Shown here in pieces: positions 8,843 through 19,695 of a DNA stretch of 32,000 bases. A program made the translations under genes and the position numbers. Position 1 is the stretch's first letter. Every line of letters starts with the position of its first letter. The notes below the pieces were generated by a model. That model ran no database searches. It had not been told where the DNA came from and was given only the letters and a program-made list of their open reading frames with translations. The stretch comes from Izhakiella capsodis (lineage in GTDB: Bacteria > Pseudomonadota > Gammaproteobacteria > Enterobacterales > Enterobacteriaceae): contig NZ_FOVC01000003.1 of the NCBI RefSeq assembly GCF_900115045.1, positions 2,946-34,945 on the forward strand, given 5' to 3'.

Positions 8843-11800
8843 TTAATCAAACTCCAGTTCCACCTGCTCCGATCCTAACAGCGAGCGCAACTCGTTTAAC
8901 AAGCGATCGCTGGGAGATACACGCCAGGTTGCGCCAAAACGCAACTTTGCGCGCGCATCCGTTCTCTGGTAATAAAGATGTACCGGGATCGTTCCCGAGC
9001 GGTAAGGCTCAAGAGACTGACGGAGACGGTTTAATAGCTGGTCATCAATTTGCCTGTCCGTCAGCGAGATAGCAAGTCCACGCGCATATTTTTCGCGAGC
9101 TTCGTCGATATTCATCACTTCACGGGCAGTCATTTTAAGGCCACCGTTGTAGTCATCAAAGCTGATCTGTCCACTGACGATCAGAATTTTGTCCTTTTCC
9201 AGCAGATGCTGGTATTTATCCAGGGCATCAGTAAACAGCATAATCTCCAGCCGACCAGAACGATCGTCAAGAGTGCAGATACCGATGCGATTGCCACGCT
9301 TAGTGACCATTACGCGCGCTGAAAGCACCAGTCCAGCTGCGACGATAATTTTGCCACGCTCTGTCGGGTGCATATCTTTCAAACGAACCCCTCCGACATA
9401 GCGTTCAATTTCTTTCAGGTACTGATTGATTGGATGTCCCGTTAAGTAAAGACCTAAAGTCTCGCGCTCGCCATCCAGTTGCACCTGCTCCGGCCAGCGC
9501 GTAACGCTGGCATAGGATTTTTCAACCTGTTCGGGTTCTTCCGCTAGCACACCGAACATATCCGTCTGGCCTGTCGCCTCAGCTTTTGCATGCTGATCTG
9601 CTGCCTTCAGCGCATCGCTCAGCGCGCTCATTAACGCAGCGCGATGGGGGCCAAGCCGGTCAAAAGCACCGGACATAATTAATTTTTCCAGTACCCGCCG
9701 GTTAAGTTTTTTGGTATCGGTACGGGCGCAAAGATCGAACAGCTCACGAAAATAGCCGCCCTGATTACGCGCCTCGATAATCGCTTCAATCGGACCTTCG
9801 CCAACGCCTTTGATCGCGCCAATACCGTAAACGATTTCACCTTCATCATTAACATGAAAATGATAAAGACCGGAGTTGATATCTGGCGGGAGGATCTTAA
9901 GCCCCATACGCCAGCATTCATCCACCAGTCCGACCACCTTTTCAGTGTTATCCATATCGGCAGTCATCACCGCCGCCATGAATTCAGCGGGATAATGTGC
10001 TTTCAGCCACAGCGTCTGATAAGAGACCAGCGCATAGGCAGCAGAGTGAGATTTGTTAAAGCCATAGCCCGCGAACTTTTCAACCAGGTCGAAAATTTTC
10101 ATCGACAGTTCGCCATCAACACCCATCTTCTCTGCGCCGTCCCGGAATACAGAGCGTTGTTTAGCCATCTCTTCTGGTTTCTTTTTCCCCATCGCCCGGC
10201 GCAACATATCGGCGCCACCAAGCGTATAGCCGGAGAGAACCTGGGCTATCTGCATCACCTGTTCCTGATACAAGATGATGCCATAGGTTGGCTCAAGTAC
10301 CGGCTTCAGCGTTTCGTGCTGCCACTGAATATCTGGGTAGGAGATCGCCTCGCGCCCATGCTTACGGTCAATAAAGTTATCGACCATGCCGGATTGCAGC
10401 GGCCCAGGACGAAAAAGGGCCACCAGGGCAATCATATCTTCAAAGCAGTCCGGCTTGAGCCGCTTGATTAGATCCTTCATGCCGCGCGATTCAAGCTGGA
10501 AAACTGCCGTTGTCTCCGCACGCTGCAGCATATCGAAACTCTTTTTGTCTTCGAGCGGAATGGCAGCGATATCAATTGGCGGCTCACCCTGCTTAGCCCG
10601 GCGCGCGTTTATCATCTTAAGCGCCCAATTGATAATCGTAAGCGTGCGCAGTCCGAGAAAGTCAAACTTAACCAGTCCAGCGTACTCAACGTCATTCTTA
10701 TCGAATTGAGTCACTGGATGCTGTCCTTCTTCATCGCAATATAGCGGGGCAAAATCAGTAATTTTTGTTGGCGCGATAACCACGCCACCGGCATGCTTAC
10801 CCGCGTTTCTCGTTACGCCTTCCAACTTGCGCGCCATATCAATCAGCGCTTTGACCTCCTCGTCTGCCTCGTAAATTTCCGGCAGCTGCGGTTCAACCTC
10901 AAAGGCTTTCGCCAGCGTCATGCCTGGATCGGGCGGCACCAGCTTAGCTATTCGGTCAACGAAACCGTAAGGATGGCCAAGTACGCGACCTACGTCGCGA
11001 ATAACCGCTTTTGCCGCCATCGTACCGAAAGTAATAATCTGAGATACCGCATCACGACCGTACATATCTGCCACGTGCTCAATCACCTGGTCACGCTTCT
11101 CCATACAGAAGTCAACGTCAAAGTCAGGCATTGAAACGCGCTCCGGATTGAGGAAACGTTCAAACAGCAGGTCAAACTCCAGCGGATCGAGATCGGTAAT
11201 TTTCAGTGCATATGCCACCAGTGAGCCTGCCCCAGATCCGCGTCCAGGACCAACAGGGATACCGTTGTCCTTTGACCACTGGATAAACTCCATTACGATC
11301 AAAAAGTAGCCCGGAAAACCCATCTGGTTAATCACGCCCAGCTCAACGTCAAGGCGCTCATCATAGGGCGGGCGCTTTTGCGCTCGCTCCGCTTCATCCG
11401 GATAAAGGAACGCCAGGCGCTCCTCCAGACCCTCTTGTGATTTTTTTACCAGAAAATCTTCGGTGGAGAGATCACCGGTCGGAAATTGTGGCAAGAAGTA
11501 CTCGCCCAGCCGTACGGTAACGTTACATCGCTTAGCAATTTCTACACTATTAGTCAGCGCTTGTGGAATGTCTGAAAAAAGATCACACATCTCCTGTTCG
11601 CTGCGCAGATATTGCTGAGCGCTGTAATTTCGCGGACGTTTAGGATCGTCGAGAGTGAATCCGTCATGGATAGCGACACGAATTTCATGGGCATCGAAAT
11701 CCGTCTCCTCCAGGAAGCAGACTTCATTGGTTGCGACAACCGGAATGCCCTGTTCAATCGCAAGATCCACCGCAGCATGCAGATAGGTTTCTTCATCAGC

Positions 11801-12325
11801 ACGCCCGGTACGGGTCAGTTCAAGATAATAGCATTCATCAAAATAGTGTTGATAAAACGTCAGGCATTCGTGCATCAGGGTAGTGTTGCCACGTAGTATC
11901 ATCTTGCCGACGTCGCCACCGCGTCCACCTGAGAGCAAAATAATGCCTTCGCGATGTTCTATCAGCCAGTCACGATCGATAATCGGCCCTTCAGCGCCAT
12001 AACCGCGCTGATAAGCACGTGATATAAGCAGCGTAAGATTTTGGTAACCCGTATTGTTCGCCGCCAGCACCGTCAGTTGAGCAAGTTCATCGCCCAGCGC
12101 CTCGCTGCGAACCAGGAAATCAGCACCGATTATCGGCTTCATTCCAGCCCCGTGCGCACCACCGTAAAACCTCACCAGTCCGCACAGATTGGTGAAATCA
12201 GTCATCGCAATGGCCGGCATCCCCAACGAGGCCGCTTTTTTGATCAACGGCCCGACTTTCGCCAGGCCATCAATCATTGAGTAGTCGCTGTGTACACGCA
12301 GGTGAATAAAACGAGGTTCAGCCAT
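8843..12325 (-). CDS. dnaE: DNA polymerase III alpha subunit
   Basis: 1160 aa, the same length as E. coli DnaE. The PHP domain start ([17 protein letters not shown]), the polymerase core and the C-terminal ...SEQVELEFD all match. Confidence 0.99.
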   Translation of the reverse strand: MAEPRFIHLRVHSDYSMIDGLAKVGPLIKKAASLGMPAIAMTDFTNLCGLVRFYGGAHGAGMKPIIGADFLVRSEALGDELAQLTVLAANNTGYQNLTLLISRAYQRGYGAEGPIIDRDWLIEHREGIILLSGGRGGDVGKMILRGNTTLMHECLTFYQHYFDECYYLELTRTGRADEETYLHAAVDLAIEQGIPVVATNEVCFLEETDFDAHEIRVAIHDGFTLDDPKRPRNYSAQQYLRSEQEMCDLFSDIPQALTNSVEIAKRCNVTVRLGEYFLPQFPTGDLSTEDFLVKKSQEGLEERLAFLYPDEAERAQKRPPYDERLDVELGVINQMGFPGYFLIVMEFIQWSKDNGIPVGPGRGSGAGSLVAYALKITDLDPLEFDLLFERFLNPERVSMPDFDVDFCMEKRDQVIEHVADMYGRDAVSQIITFGTMAAKAVIRDVGRVLGHPYGFVDRIAKLVPPDPGMTLAKAFEVEPQLPEIYEADEEVKALIDMARKLEGVTRNAGKHAGGVVIAPTKITDFAPLYCDEEGQHPVTQFDKNDVEYAGLVKFDFLGLRTLTIINWALKMINARRAKQGEPPIDIAAIPLEDKKSFDMLQRAETTAVFQLESRGMKDLIKRLKPDCFEDMIALVALFRPGPLQSGMVDNFIDRKHGREAISYPDIQWQHETLKPVLEPTYGIILYQEQVMQIAQVLSGYTLGGADMLRRAMGKKKPEEMAKQRSVFRDGAEKMGVDGELSMKIFDLVEKFAGYGFNKSHSAAYALVSYQTLWLKAHYPAEFMAAVMTADMDNTEKVVGLVDECWRMGLKILPPDINSGLYHFHVNDEGEIVYGIGAIKGVGEGPIEAIIEARNQGGYFRELFDLCARTDTKKLNRRVLEKLIMSGAFDRLGPHRAALMSALSDALKAADQHAKAEATGQTDMFGVLAEEPEQVEKSYASVTRWPEQVQLDGERETLGLYLTGHPINQYLKEIERYVGGVRLKDMHPTERGKIIVAAGLVLSARVMVTKRGNRIGICTLDDRSGRLEIMLFTDALDKYQHLLEKDKILIVSGQISFDDYNGGLKMTAREVMNIDEAREKYARGLAISLTDRQIDDQLLNRLRQSLEPYRSGTIPVHLYYQRTDARAKLRFGATWRVSPSDRLLNELRSLLGSEQVELEFD

Positions 12326-12353
12326 GTTCTACCGTTACCGATTTTAAAGGGGA

Positions 12354-12980
12354 TTACGAACCGGATGCCGCGGAGGCAACTCGCATTTGTGCATCCAGCA
12401 GCGCATTACGCACTGGGGCAAAGCTACGACGATGATGCGGCGTGGCCCCGTGCTGCGTCAACCGTTGCAGGTGAAGCGCGGTTGGATAGCCTTTGTGCTG
12501 AGCAAAACCATATTCCGGAAACAGCAAATCCAGCTCGCCCATTTCGCGATCGCGCGTCACTTTCGCCAGAATGGAAGCGGCGCTTATTTCGGCCACCAGG
12601 CTATCGCCTTTTACCACCGCCTGCGAAGGCATTGGCAGCGATGGGCAGCGGTTACCGTCAATCAACACCAGATCTGGCACCAGAGAAAGCCCGGCAACCG
12701 CCCGCTGCATCGCCAGCATGGTCGCATGCAGTATGTTAAGTTGGTCGATCTCTTCAGGTTCAGCCCGACCAAGGCTCCAGCTAAGCGCCTTAACCTTGAT
12801 CTCATCATAAAGCGCCTGACGGCGCTTTTCTGAAAGTTTTTTTGAGTCGGCAAGGCCGACAATTGGTCGGGCGGGATCGAGGATCACCGCAGCAGTGACC
12901 ACCGCGCCAACCAGAGGCCCGCGCCCGACTTCATCAACACCGGCTATGCGGGACGCCTGGGGATAAATAAAGGGATTCAT
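12354..12980 (-). CDS. rnhB: Ribonuclease HII
   Basis: [40 protein letters not shown] matches E. coli RnhB. The ATG at 12980 forms an ATGA overlap with the lpxB stop and reproduces the E. coli N-terminal spacing. The ORF-track GTG at 12986 is 2 codons longer. Confidence 0.93.
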   Translation of the reverse strand: MNPFIYPQASRIAGVDEVGRGPLVGAVVTAAVILDPARPIVGLADSKKLSEKRRQALYDEIKVKALSWSLGRAEPEEIDQLNILHATMLAMQRAVAGLSLVPDLVLIDGNRCPSLPMPSQAVVKGDSLVAEISAASILAKVTRDREMGELDLLFPEYGFAQHKGYPTALHLQRLTQHGATPHHRRSFAPVRNALLDAQMRVASAASGS

Positions 12981-14122
12981 TGGCACAGCTCCAGCACAGC
13001 CTCGGCCGCCTGCTCATCAGCATTACAGCGAATTTGTTGATGTAATTCCGTAAAGGTAGTAAGCAGATGTTGGCGCGCTTCGCCATCGTTTAGCAGCGAC
13101 TTGAGGGCATTCGCCAGCATTTCAGGCTGACAATCATCCTGCAAAAGCTCTTTTACCAGTTCGCGGCCTGCCAATAAGTTGGGCAGAGAAACCCAGTCGG
13201 TCTTAACAATCCGCTTTGCCAGCCAGAAAGTGAACGGCTTCATTCGATATCCAACAACCATCGGGCATTTCGCCAGCATGCACTCAAGCGCCGCAGTGCC
13301 GGACGCCAGGATCGCGGCATCGCTGGCCACCAACGCCTCACGCCCCTTGCCATCGAGCAAATGCACGTGCAGATCCGGTGCGATATCTGATTTAATTTTT
13401 TCGAACTGTTCACGGCGGTGCGGGTTAACCAGAGGAACCAAAATTTCCAGCTCTCCCAGCTGCTTGCGTAATATCTCCGCTGCTTTAAGGAAATCAGCGC
13501 TAAGCATTTCCACTTCTGTACTACGACTTCCTGGCAACAGCGCCAGACAGCGCGCATCTTCAGCAATACCTAATTCACGACGAGCGAAAAGCTTATCGGG
13601 TTGCAGCGGCATCGCGTCTGCCATAGTGTGGCCGATAAAACGGCAGGGAACGTTATAACGATCATAAAAGGCTTTTTCAAACGGGAGAAAAGCCAGCACC
13701 AGGTTGGTAGAGCGGCCAATTTTGAACACGCGCTTTTGCCGCCAGGCCCACACTGACGGACTGACGTAATGTACGGTGCGAATACCGCGCTGTTTCAGAC
13801 GTCCTTCCAGGGTGATGTTAAAATCCGGCGCATCAATTCCCACGAAAACGTCTGGTTGCAGTTCAATAAAGCGCCGTAGTAAGTCCCGTCGGATGTGGAG
13901 CAGACGTGGAAGCCGGCCAAGTACCTCGACGATACCCATTACCGCCAGTTCTTCCATTTCATACCAGGCTTCACAGCCTTCAGCCTGCATCAGTGGACCC
14001 GCAACGCCAACAAAACGCGCATCGGGATGGCGCGCTTTCAGCGCGCGGATAAGTCCCGCGCCAAGAATATCGCCGGAGGTTTCTCCGGCGACGAGAGCAA
14101 AGGTTAGTGGCTGCGATGGCAT
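12977..14122 (-). CDS. lpxB: Lipid-A-disaccharide synthase
   Basis: 381 aa. [53 protein letters not shown] and [20 protein letters not shown] match E. coli LpxB. Confidence 0.97.
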   Translation of the reverse strand: MPSQPLTFALVAGETSGDILGAGLIRALKARHPDARFVGVAGPLMQAEGCEAWYEMEELAVMGIVEVLGRLPRLLHIRRDLLRRFIELQPDVFVGIDAPDFNITLEGRLKQRGIRTVHYVSPSVWAWRQKRVFKIGRSTNLVLAFLPFEKAFYDRYNVPCRFIGHTMADAMPLQPDKLFARRELGIAEDARCLALLPGSRSTEVEMLSADFLKAAEILRKQLGELEILVPLVNPHRREQFEKIKSDIAPDLHVHLLDGKGREALVASDAAILASGTAALECMLAKCPMVVGYRMKPFTFWLAKRIVKTDWVSLPNLLAGRELVKELLQDDCQPEMLANALKSLLNDGEARQHLLTTFTELHQQIRCNADEQAAEAVLELCQ

Positions 14123-14126
14123 AGAT

Positions 14127-14915
14127 TTAACGGATCAGGCCACGTGTTGAGCGGCTGAAAAAATCGTGAAAAGGCTGTACTTCGTGCTGCGCCTTAGCAA
14201 TCTCCTCAATTTCCGCTTTGGCTTCGTCCAACGTTTTACCGCTGCGGTAAAGCACTTTATAAGCATTACGAATAGCGTGGAGCGCTTCTTTGCTGTAACC
14301 ACGACGCTGCAAGCCAACCAGATTAACGCCAAAAGGCGTAGCGTGGTTACCCTGGGCAATGATGAAAGGTGGCACGTCCTGCGCAACACCTGAGCAGCCA
14401 CCGACCATGACATGTGTACCGATAATGCAAAACTGATGCACTGCCGTCATACCGCCAATGATCGCGTAGTCATCGATTGTAACATGACCGCCTAACGTGG
14501 CATTATTTGCCAGGATGCAGCGGTTCCCGATAATACAGTCGTGAGCGACATGAGCATTAACCATCAGCAGGTTATCGCTACCCACTTTAGTCAGTCCATT
14601 ATCCTGAACCGTACCACGATGAATAGTTACGCTTTCCCGAATACTATTACGATCGCCGATCTCAACCCGCGTAGGCTCGCCGGCATATTTTAGATCCTGA
14701 TTCACTTCCCCAATGGTAGCAAATTGATAAATAGTATTATCTTTACCAATTTTGCTGTGACCGTTGACCACCACATGGGATTTCAGCACCGTACCTTCGC
14801 CGATTTCAACATTGGCACCGATAAAACAAAACGGACCAATATGCGTGCGAGCGCCGATAACAGCGCCTTCTTCGACGACAGAACTTGGATGGATGACGGC
14901 GGTTTTATCAATCAC
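14127..14915 (-). CDS. lpxA: UDP-N-acetylglucosamine O-acyltransferase
   Basis: 262 aa, the same length as E. coli LpxA, with a hexapeptide-repeat left-handed beta-helix and a GTG start as in E. coli. The C-terminus is [10 protein letters not shown]. Confidence 0.97.
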   Translation of the reverse strand: MIDKTAVIHPSSVVEEGAVIGARTHIGPFCFIGANVEIGEGTVLKSHVVVNGHSKIGKDNTIYQFATIGEVNQDLKYAGEPTRVEIGDRNSIRESVTIHRGTVQDNGLTKVGSDNLLMVNAHVAHDCIIGNRCILANNATLGGHVTIDDYAIIGGMTAVHQFCIIGTHVMVGGCSGVAQDVPPFIIAQGNHATPFGVNLVGLQRRGYSKEALHAIRNAYKVLYRSGKTLDEAKAEIEEIAKAQHEVQPFHDFFSRSTRGLIR

Positions 14916-14919
14916 AGAA

Positions 14920-15375
14920 TCAAGCCTCCCGACTGCGGGCGCACATCATAGTCGCTTCACAAACCACCTTACCGTCAACGGTGGCAACACCTTTAAAGCG
15001 CGTCAGGCCACGTCGGGTTTTTTCAAAAGTGACCTCCATGATCATCTGATCGCCAGGCACGACCGGGCGCTTAAAGCGCGCTTCATCAATCCCCGCAAAA
15101 TAGTAAAGCTCGCCCGGCTCCAGCTTACCAACGCTTTTGAACGCCAGTATACCTGTTGCCTGAGCCATTGCTTCAAGAATCAACACACCGGGTAAAATGG
15201 GCTTGCCAGGAAAATGGCCCTGGAAAAACGGCTCGTTGACAGAAACATTTTTAACCGCACGCAGATACTTGTGCTCTTCGAACTCAAGAACGCGATCAAC
15301 CAGCAGAAACGGGTAGCGATGCGGAAGTAGTTCAATAATCTCTTCAATTTTCAGAGTATGCGTTTCAGTAGTCAA
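14920..15375 (-). CDS. fabZ: 3-hydroxyacyl-ACP dehydratase FabZ
   Basis: 151 aa, almost identical to E. coli FabZ ([16 protein letters not shown]...[37 protein letters not shown]). TTG start codon, as I recall for E. coli, preceded by AGGAAGAG. Confidence 0.97.
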   Translation of the reverse strand: MTTETHTLKIEEIIELLPHRYPFLLVDRVLEFEEHKYLRAVKNVSVNEPFFQGHFPGKPILPGVLILEAMAQATGILAFKSVGKLEPGELYYFAGIDEARFKRPVVPGDQMIMEVTFEKTRRGLTRFKGVATVDGKVVCEATMMCARSREA

Positions 15376-15416
15376 AATACTCTTCCTGTCCTAAAAATCT
15401 GATTGCATCAATAACA

Positions 15417-15447
15417 CGGCCTGCAACGGCTTCTCGCCCGCAGGCCG
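15417..15447 (-). other. GC-rich hairpin in the lpxD-fabZ spacer (function unknown)
   Basis: CGGCCTGC (15417-15424) / GCAGGCCG (15440-15447) form 8 bp, or 9 with a G-U pair on the minus-strand RNA, around a 15-nt loop. On the coding (minus) strand it is followed by GUUAUUGAUG. Confidence 0.4.
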
Positions 15448-15530
15448 CAAATTAATTTCCGGATACCGGGTTCCCTTGCTTCTTTATAGAAGTTTTGAAG
15501 CCGGTCGGTCAGTGCGGGATCACTGAATGC

Positions 15531-16553
15531 TCAATCTTTGCTGATTTTACGCTCAACGGCCTTCAGCCTTTTACTCATATCATCGATATTCATTACCAGC
15601 GCTGCCGTTTTACGCCAAGTTTTATTAGGTTGTAATGGAATACCTGAGGAGTATACCCCAGGTTCAGTGATTGGTCTCATGACCATTCCCATCCCCGTTA
15701 CTGTTACCTTATCGCAAATTTCCATGTGGCCATTTATCACGCTTGCCCCACCGATCATGCAATAACGGCCAATTTTCAGGCTACCCGCCATAATGACGCC
15801 GCCCGCAACCGCTGTGTTGTCGCCAATAACGACGTTGTGCGCAATCTGGCACTGGTTATCGATAATAACACCATTACCAATAAGGGTGTTATCCAGCGCA
15901 CCACGATCGATGGTCGTGCAGGCGCCAATCTCAACGCGGTCGCCTATCACTACCGTGCCAAGCTGCGGTATTTTAATCCAATTACCGCGATCGTTTGCAA
16001 AGCCGAAACCGTCGGCACCAATGACTGCACCAGACTGCACCAGGCAATCACTACCCAGCTGTACTTCATGATAAATCGTGACGTTAGCCCAGAGTTTAGT
16101 CCCTGTGCCAATGCGCGCCTTTTTACCGATAAAGCAGCCGGGGCCAATTATCACGTTATCCCCTAGCTCAACGCCAGACTCAATAACCGCATTGGCGCCT
16201 ACGGCAACGTTTTTACCCAGCTTCGCGCTGGCGTCAATAACCGCGCTGGGTGCAATACTGTCAGCAGGCTTCGGTGTGGTGTCGAGAATCTGCGCCATAC
16301 GGGCAAATGTCAGATAGGGATTTTTTACCACCAGAGCAGCACTGTTGCACCACGGCAGATCCGCTTCTGTCAACACGACAGCCGAAGCCTGACAGCTAAC
16401 CAGCTGTTCACGATTACGACTGTTAGAAAGAAAAGTTATCTGGCCGAATTGGGCGGATTGCATAGAAGCAATGCCGGAGATAGCAAGGTTGCCATCTCCG
16501 TACAAGTGTGCATCCAACTGCTGGGCTAAATCAGCCAGTCGAATTAAAGACAT
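15531..16553 (-). CDS. lpxD: UDP-3-O-(3-hydroxymyristoyl)glucosamine N-acyltransferase
   Basis: 340 aa. [37 protein letters not shown] and the C-terminal [32 protein letters not shown] match E. coli LpxD. Confidence 0.97.
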   Translation of the reverse strand: MSLIRLADLAQQLDAHLYGDGNLAISGIASMQSAQFGQITFLSNSRNREQLVSCQASAVVLTEADLPWCNSAALVVKNPYLTFARMAQILDTTPKPADSIAPSAVIDASAKLGKNVAVGANAVIESGVELGDNVIIGPGCFIGKKARIGTGTKLWANVTIYHEVQLGSDCLVQSGAVIGADGFGFANDRGNWIKIPQLGTVVIGDRVEIGACTTIDRGALDNTLIGNGVIIDNQCQIAHNVVIGDNTAVAGGVIMAGSLKIGRYCMIGGASVINGHMEICDKVTVTGMGMVMRPITEPGVYSSGIPLQPNKTWRKTAALVMNIDDMSKRLKAVERKISKD

Positions 16554-16556
16554 GTA

Positions 16557-17054
16557 TTATTTAACCTGTTTCAGAACATCAGCAGTAATATCTTTAGATT
16601 TAGCTGCGTAAGCTACCGCATTGGAATCAATAACCAGATCATAGCCTTCGCTATTAGCAACTTTCTTGACGGCATCCTGGATACGACTCAACAGCTTGTT
16701 ACGCTCTTCCATCTGGCGGCGGCGATTGTCCTGTTCAAAGGCCTGAGCTTTAGAGGAGAAGGTTGCGCGCTCGGCCATAATCTGTTTTTCCATACGGCTA
16801 CGTTCGGAAGCCTTCATGGTTGAAGCATCACGCTGCAGCTTTTGCATTTTAGTTTGCAGGTCGTTCTCCATACTTTGTAGCTCGGTAGCCCGGCCTTTAA
16901 ATTCACTTTCAAGCTGCTTTGCAATCGTGGCACGTTGCGGTAACTGTTGGAAAATGCTGGAAACGTTTACCACTGCGATTTTATCAGCAGCCTGCGCACC
17001 AGCGGAAGCCGCCAGTGCAATACCCAGACCTGCAGCACACAAAAACTTTTTCAC
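16557..17054 (-). CDS. skp: Periplasmic chaperone Skp (OmpH)
   Basis: 165 aa with a signal peptide ending AQA/ADKIA. The coiled-coil-rich Q/E/K/R sequence and the position between bamA and lpxD fit Skp. GTG start with GAGGTGAGGAG upstream. Confidence 0.93.
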   Translation of the reverse strand: MKKFLCAAGLGIALAASAGAQAADKIAVVNVSSIFQQLPQRATIAKQLESEFKGRATELQSMENDLQTKMQKLQRDASTMKASERSRMEKQIMAERATFSSKAQAFEQDNRRRQMEERNKLLSRIQDAVKKVANSEGYDLVIDSNAVAYAAKSKDITADVLKQVK

Positions 17055-17077
17055 TATAAACTCCTCACCTCAACGTT

Positions 17078-17142
17078 TGTGTCAATGACACAGTTTTGCC
17101 TGAAAGCGTCGGCCAGTCTGTGCTATCCGTCGTTTTTTCAGG
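17078..17142 (-). other. Structured bamA-skp spacer: a 15-nt perfect palindrome plus a long imperfect hairpin
   Basis: TGTGTCAATGACACA at 17078-17092 has 7-nt arms. CCTGAAA (17099-17105) / TTTCAGG (17136-17142) closes an imperfect helix of about 13 bp with inner pairs 17107-17112 / 17027-equivalent 17127-17132. Confidence 0.4.
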
Positions 17143-17178
17143 CGATACCGGCAAATAATGCGTCAATGCTAAGATGCA

Positions 17179-19584
17179 TTACCAAGTTTTACCAATGTTA
17201 AACTGGAATTGTTCTGACTGATCCCCTTCGTATTTCTTAAATGGCTGTGCGTATGAGAACACCAGCGGTCCAAGAGGAGACATCCACTGCAAAGAAACGC
17301 CCGCAGACATGCGAATATTACCAGGATCGCTATAATCAGGAATACCTGCGCTGCGCGTTGCGGCTGTATTTTGCCATTCGGTATCCCAAACAGTTCCCGC
17401 ATCAACGAAGAGTGAAGTACGCACTGAGTTAGCATATTTTTCACTCAGGAAAGGCGTAGGGGTAATCAGCTCAAGGCTTGCTACAGCCATTGCATTGCCA
17501 CCGACAGCATCGTCAGATCGACATACCGTGTTACTGCCTGAGCAATTATCAGAGTTAACGTTGTAATAAGCCGCTTTCGGTCCAATAGTATTGGAGCGGA
17601 AGCCACGAACGGTACTCGAACCTCCTGCATAAAAGTTTTCATAGAACGGCAGCTCTTTACTGCCAATCCCAGCGCCATAACCGAGACGACCACGACCCAG
17701 CAGTACCCAAGTATGATCCTGATTAAGCGGCATGTACTGTTGAGAATCCAGCGTTAACTTATAAAAACTGTTATCCGAACCGGGAATAGTCACTTTACCG
17801 TTCAGATTGGTGCGATTACCCGCTGTCGGAAAGAAGCCGCGATCAAGATTGTTATAGGTCCAGCCGTAGTTGAACGTGAAGTCGTTGGCTGAATAGGAGC
17901 CATCGTCATTCAACGGTTGGTGATCACCGACGGAATCCAGATAACGCCACATTGCTATTTGCGGCTGCATTTTGGACAAGTCGTTGTGTACGTAACCCAG
18001 GCCGACGTGTAGCGAGTTATTCTCGTCAATTGGGAAACCAAGCGTTCCGTCTAAACCATAACTTTTATTAGTGTAATCGGAGAGGTCCGCGTCGTATGCT
18101 TGAAAATCGTTATAGAATAAACGACCGCCCAGGCTGACGCCATCAACCGTAAAGTAGGGGTCGGTCATTGCGAACTCAGCATAGGTCTGGTAGTCGTTTT
18201 TAGTACCACTCAGGCTGACGAGGTTACCGGTTCCCAACCAGTTGTCCTGAGAGACGCCGACCTGGAAGCTCACCCCGCTTTCTGTACCGTAACCAACGCC
18301 GAAGTTGAACGTTCCGGTGTTGCGTTCTTTCACTTGATAAATGACGTCAACTTCATCGGTGGTTCCTGGCACTCGTTGGGTTTCCACGTTGACCGAATCA
18401 AAATAGCCTAGACGGTTAAGACGTTCTTTACCCTGTTCTACCAAATTACTGCCCAACCAGGCACCTTCCATCTGACGCATTTCTCGGCGCAACACCTGGT
18501 CTTCGGAAGAGTTATTTCCTTCAAAACGAACTTTGCGTACGTAGAAGCGATTGCCAGCATCGACACTGACGAGCAGTTTAACCGTATTGTTAGCGTCATC
18601 GATTTCTGGCTGAGTAACAACGCGTGGATAGGCATACCCATAGCTACCCAGCAATTTTTTTATATTGTCTTCCATTTTTGTGACTTTAGCACCGTTATAA
18701 AGCTCGCCGGGCTTAATGCGTGCCAGTGCTTCAATCTCCGCGGAGTGGCCGGCCATGTTGCCGTTAACTACCGTGCCAGAAATTTTATATTGATGACCTT
18801 CCGTCACATTAATTGTGATGTAGATACCTTTTTTATCCGGCGACAGGCTGACCTGCGTCGAATCGATGTTGAAGCGAGCATAGCCACGGTCAAGATAAAA
18901 GCTTCTCAGCGTTTCAAGGTCACCTGCCAGCTTCTGCTTTTCATATTTACGAGAGCCGACAAGATTCCACCATGGCACCTCATCACGCAGCTGGAAACGT
19001 GAAATTAAATCATCTGAGCTGAATGCCTTGTTACCGACAATGTTGATCTGCTGAATTCTGGCCGAAACACCTTCGGTGAATACCAGTTTAAGATCGACGC
19101 GATTACGTGGCAGTGGAGTGACAACGGCTTTCACGTTGGCGCTATATTTACCCACACTGTAATAGAAATCTTCCAGCCCTTTTTCAATAGCTGAAAGCTT
19201 AGTGCGGTCCAGTGCGTCACCAACGCGAACACCCGAAGCTTCCAGATTTTGCTTCAGCTGTTCGTCTTTTACCGCTTTGTTGCCGGTAAATGTAATGCTG
19301 GCAATCGTGGGGCGTTCTTTTACCTGAACAATCAGCGTATTACCGTCACGCATTACCTGGACATCTTCAAAGTTCCCGGTTGCGAATAAGGATCGGATAA
19401 TATTACTGATATCCTCGTCAGTGACCGTATCGCCGACTCTCACGGGCATACTGAGTAATGCCGCACCAACGGCGACTCGCTGTAAGCCTTCGAAATGAAT
19501 GTCTTTCACTACGAAGTTATCAGCACCGTATACGGTAGCGCTGCTAAACAGCAGCGACGCTATGAGCAACTTTTTCATCGCCAT
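17179..19584 (-). CDS. bamA: Outer-membrane protein assembly factor BamA
   Basis: 801 aa. [49 protein letters not shown] is identical in style to E. coli BamA. POTRA repeats and a C-terminal beta-barrel ending ...[10 protein letters not shown] are present. Confidence 0.98.
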   Translation of the reverse strand: MAMKKLLIASLLFSSATVYGADNFVVKDIHFEGLQRVAVGAALLSMPVRVGDTVTDEDISNIIRSLFATGNFEDVQVMRDGNTLIVQVKERPTIASITFTGNKAVKDEQLKQNLEASGVRVGDALDRTKLSAIEKGLEDFYYSVGKYSANVKAVVTPLPRNRVDLKLVFTEGVSARIQQINIVGNKAFSSDDLISRFQLRDEVPWWNLVGSRKYEKQKLAGDLETLRSFYLDRGYARFNIDSTQVSLSPDKKGIYITINVTEGHQYKISGTVVNGNMAGHSAEIEALARIKPGELYNGAKVTKMEDNIKKLLGSYGYAYPRVVTQPEIDDANNTVKLLVSVDAGNRFYVRKVRFEGNNSSEDQVLRREMRQMEGAWLGSNLVEQGKERLNRLGYFDSVNVETQRVPGTTDEVDVIYQVKERNTGTFNFGVGYGTESGVSFQVGVSQDNWLGTGNLVSLSGTKNDYQTYAEFAMTDPYFTVDGVSLGGRLFYNDFQAYDADLSDYTNKSYGLDGTLGFPIDENNSLHVGLGYVHNDLSKMQPQIAMWRYLDSVGDHQPLNDDGSYSANDFTFNYGWTYNNLDRGFFPTAGNRTNLNGKVTIPGSDNSFYKLTLDSQQYMPLNQDHTWVLLGRGRLGYGAGIGSKELPFYENFYAGGSSTVRGFRSNTIGPKAAYYNVNSDNCSGSNTVCRSDDAVGGNAMAVASLELITPTPFLSEKYANSVRTSLFVDAGTVWDTEWQNTAATRSAGIPDYSDPGNIRMSAGVSLQWMSPLGPLVFSYAQPFKKYEGDQSEQFQFNIGKTW

Positions 19585-19695
19585 CGTTGTTATGCATTCT
19601 TCCTAACTGGTTCCACAGCTGCCTGGTCAACCCGGGGATACAGTGAGACTGCTGCTAACACCGTTAGCGGCAATCCGATCTGCCAGTCCCTGACA

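Noticed and set aside
9854-10471. A 205-aa plus-strand ORF antisense to dnaE. Similar long antisense ORFs occur at 10386-10709, 10793-11134, 12290-12833 (rnhB), 13179-13658 (lpxB), 14764-15195 (lpxA/fabZ), 15726-16166 (lpxD) and 20323-20859 (rseP).
   Set aside because: All lie wholly inside strongly supported genes on the opposite strand. They have Arg/Ser/His-rich compositions typical of antisense frames, lack SD sequences and match no family I recognise.
19370-19376. A second GGAACTT (minus strand) inside bamA, considered as another sigma-E -35.
   Set aside because: The sequence 16 nt downstream is ATGCG, so there is no TC..A -10 element. An isolated heptamer is expected by chance in 32 kb.
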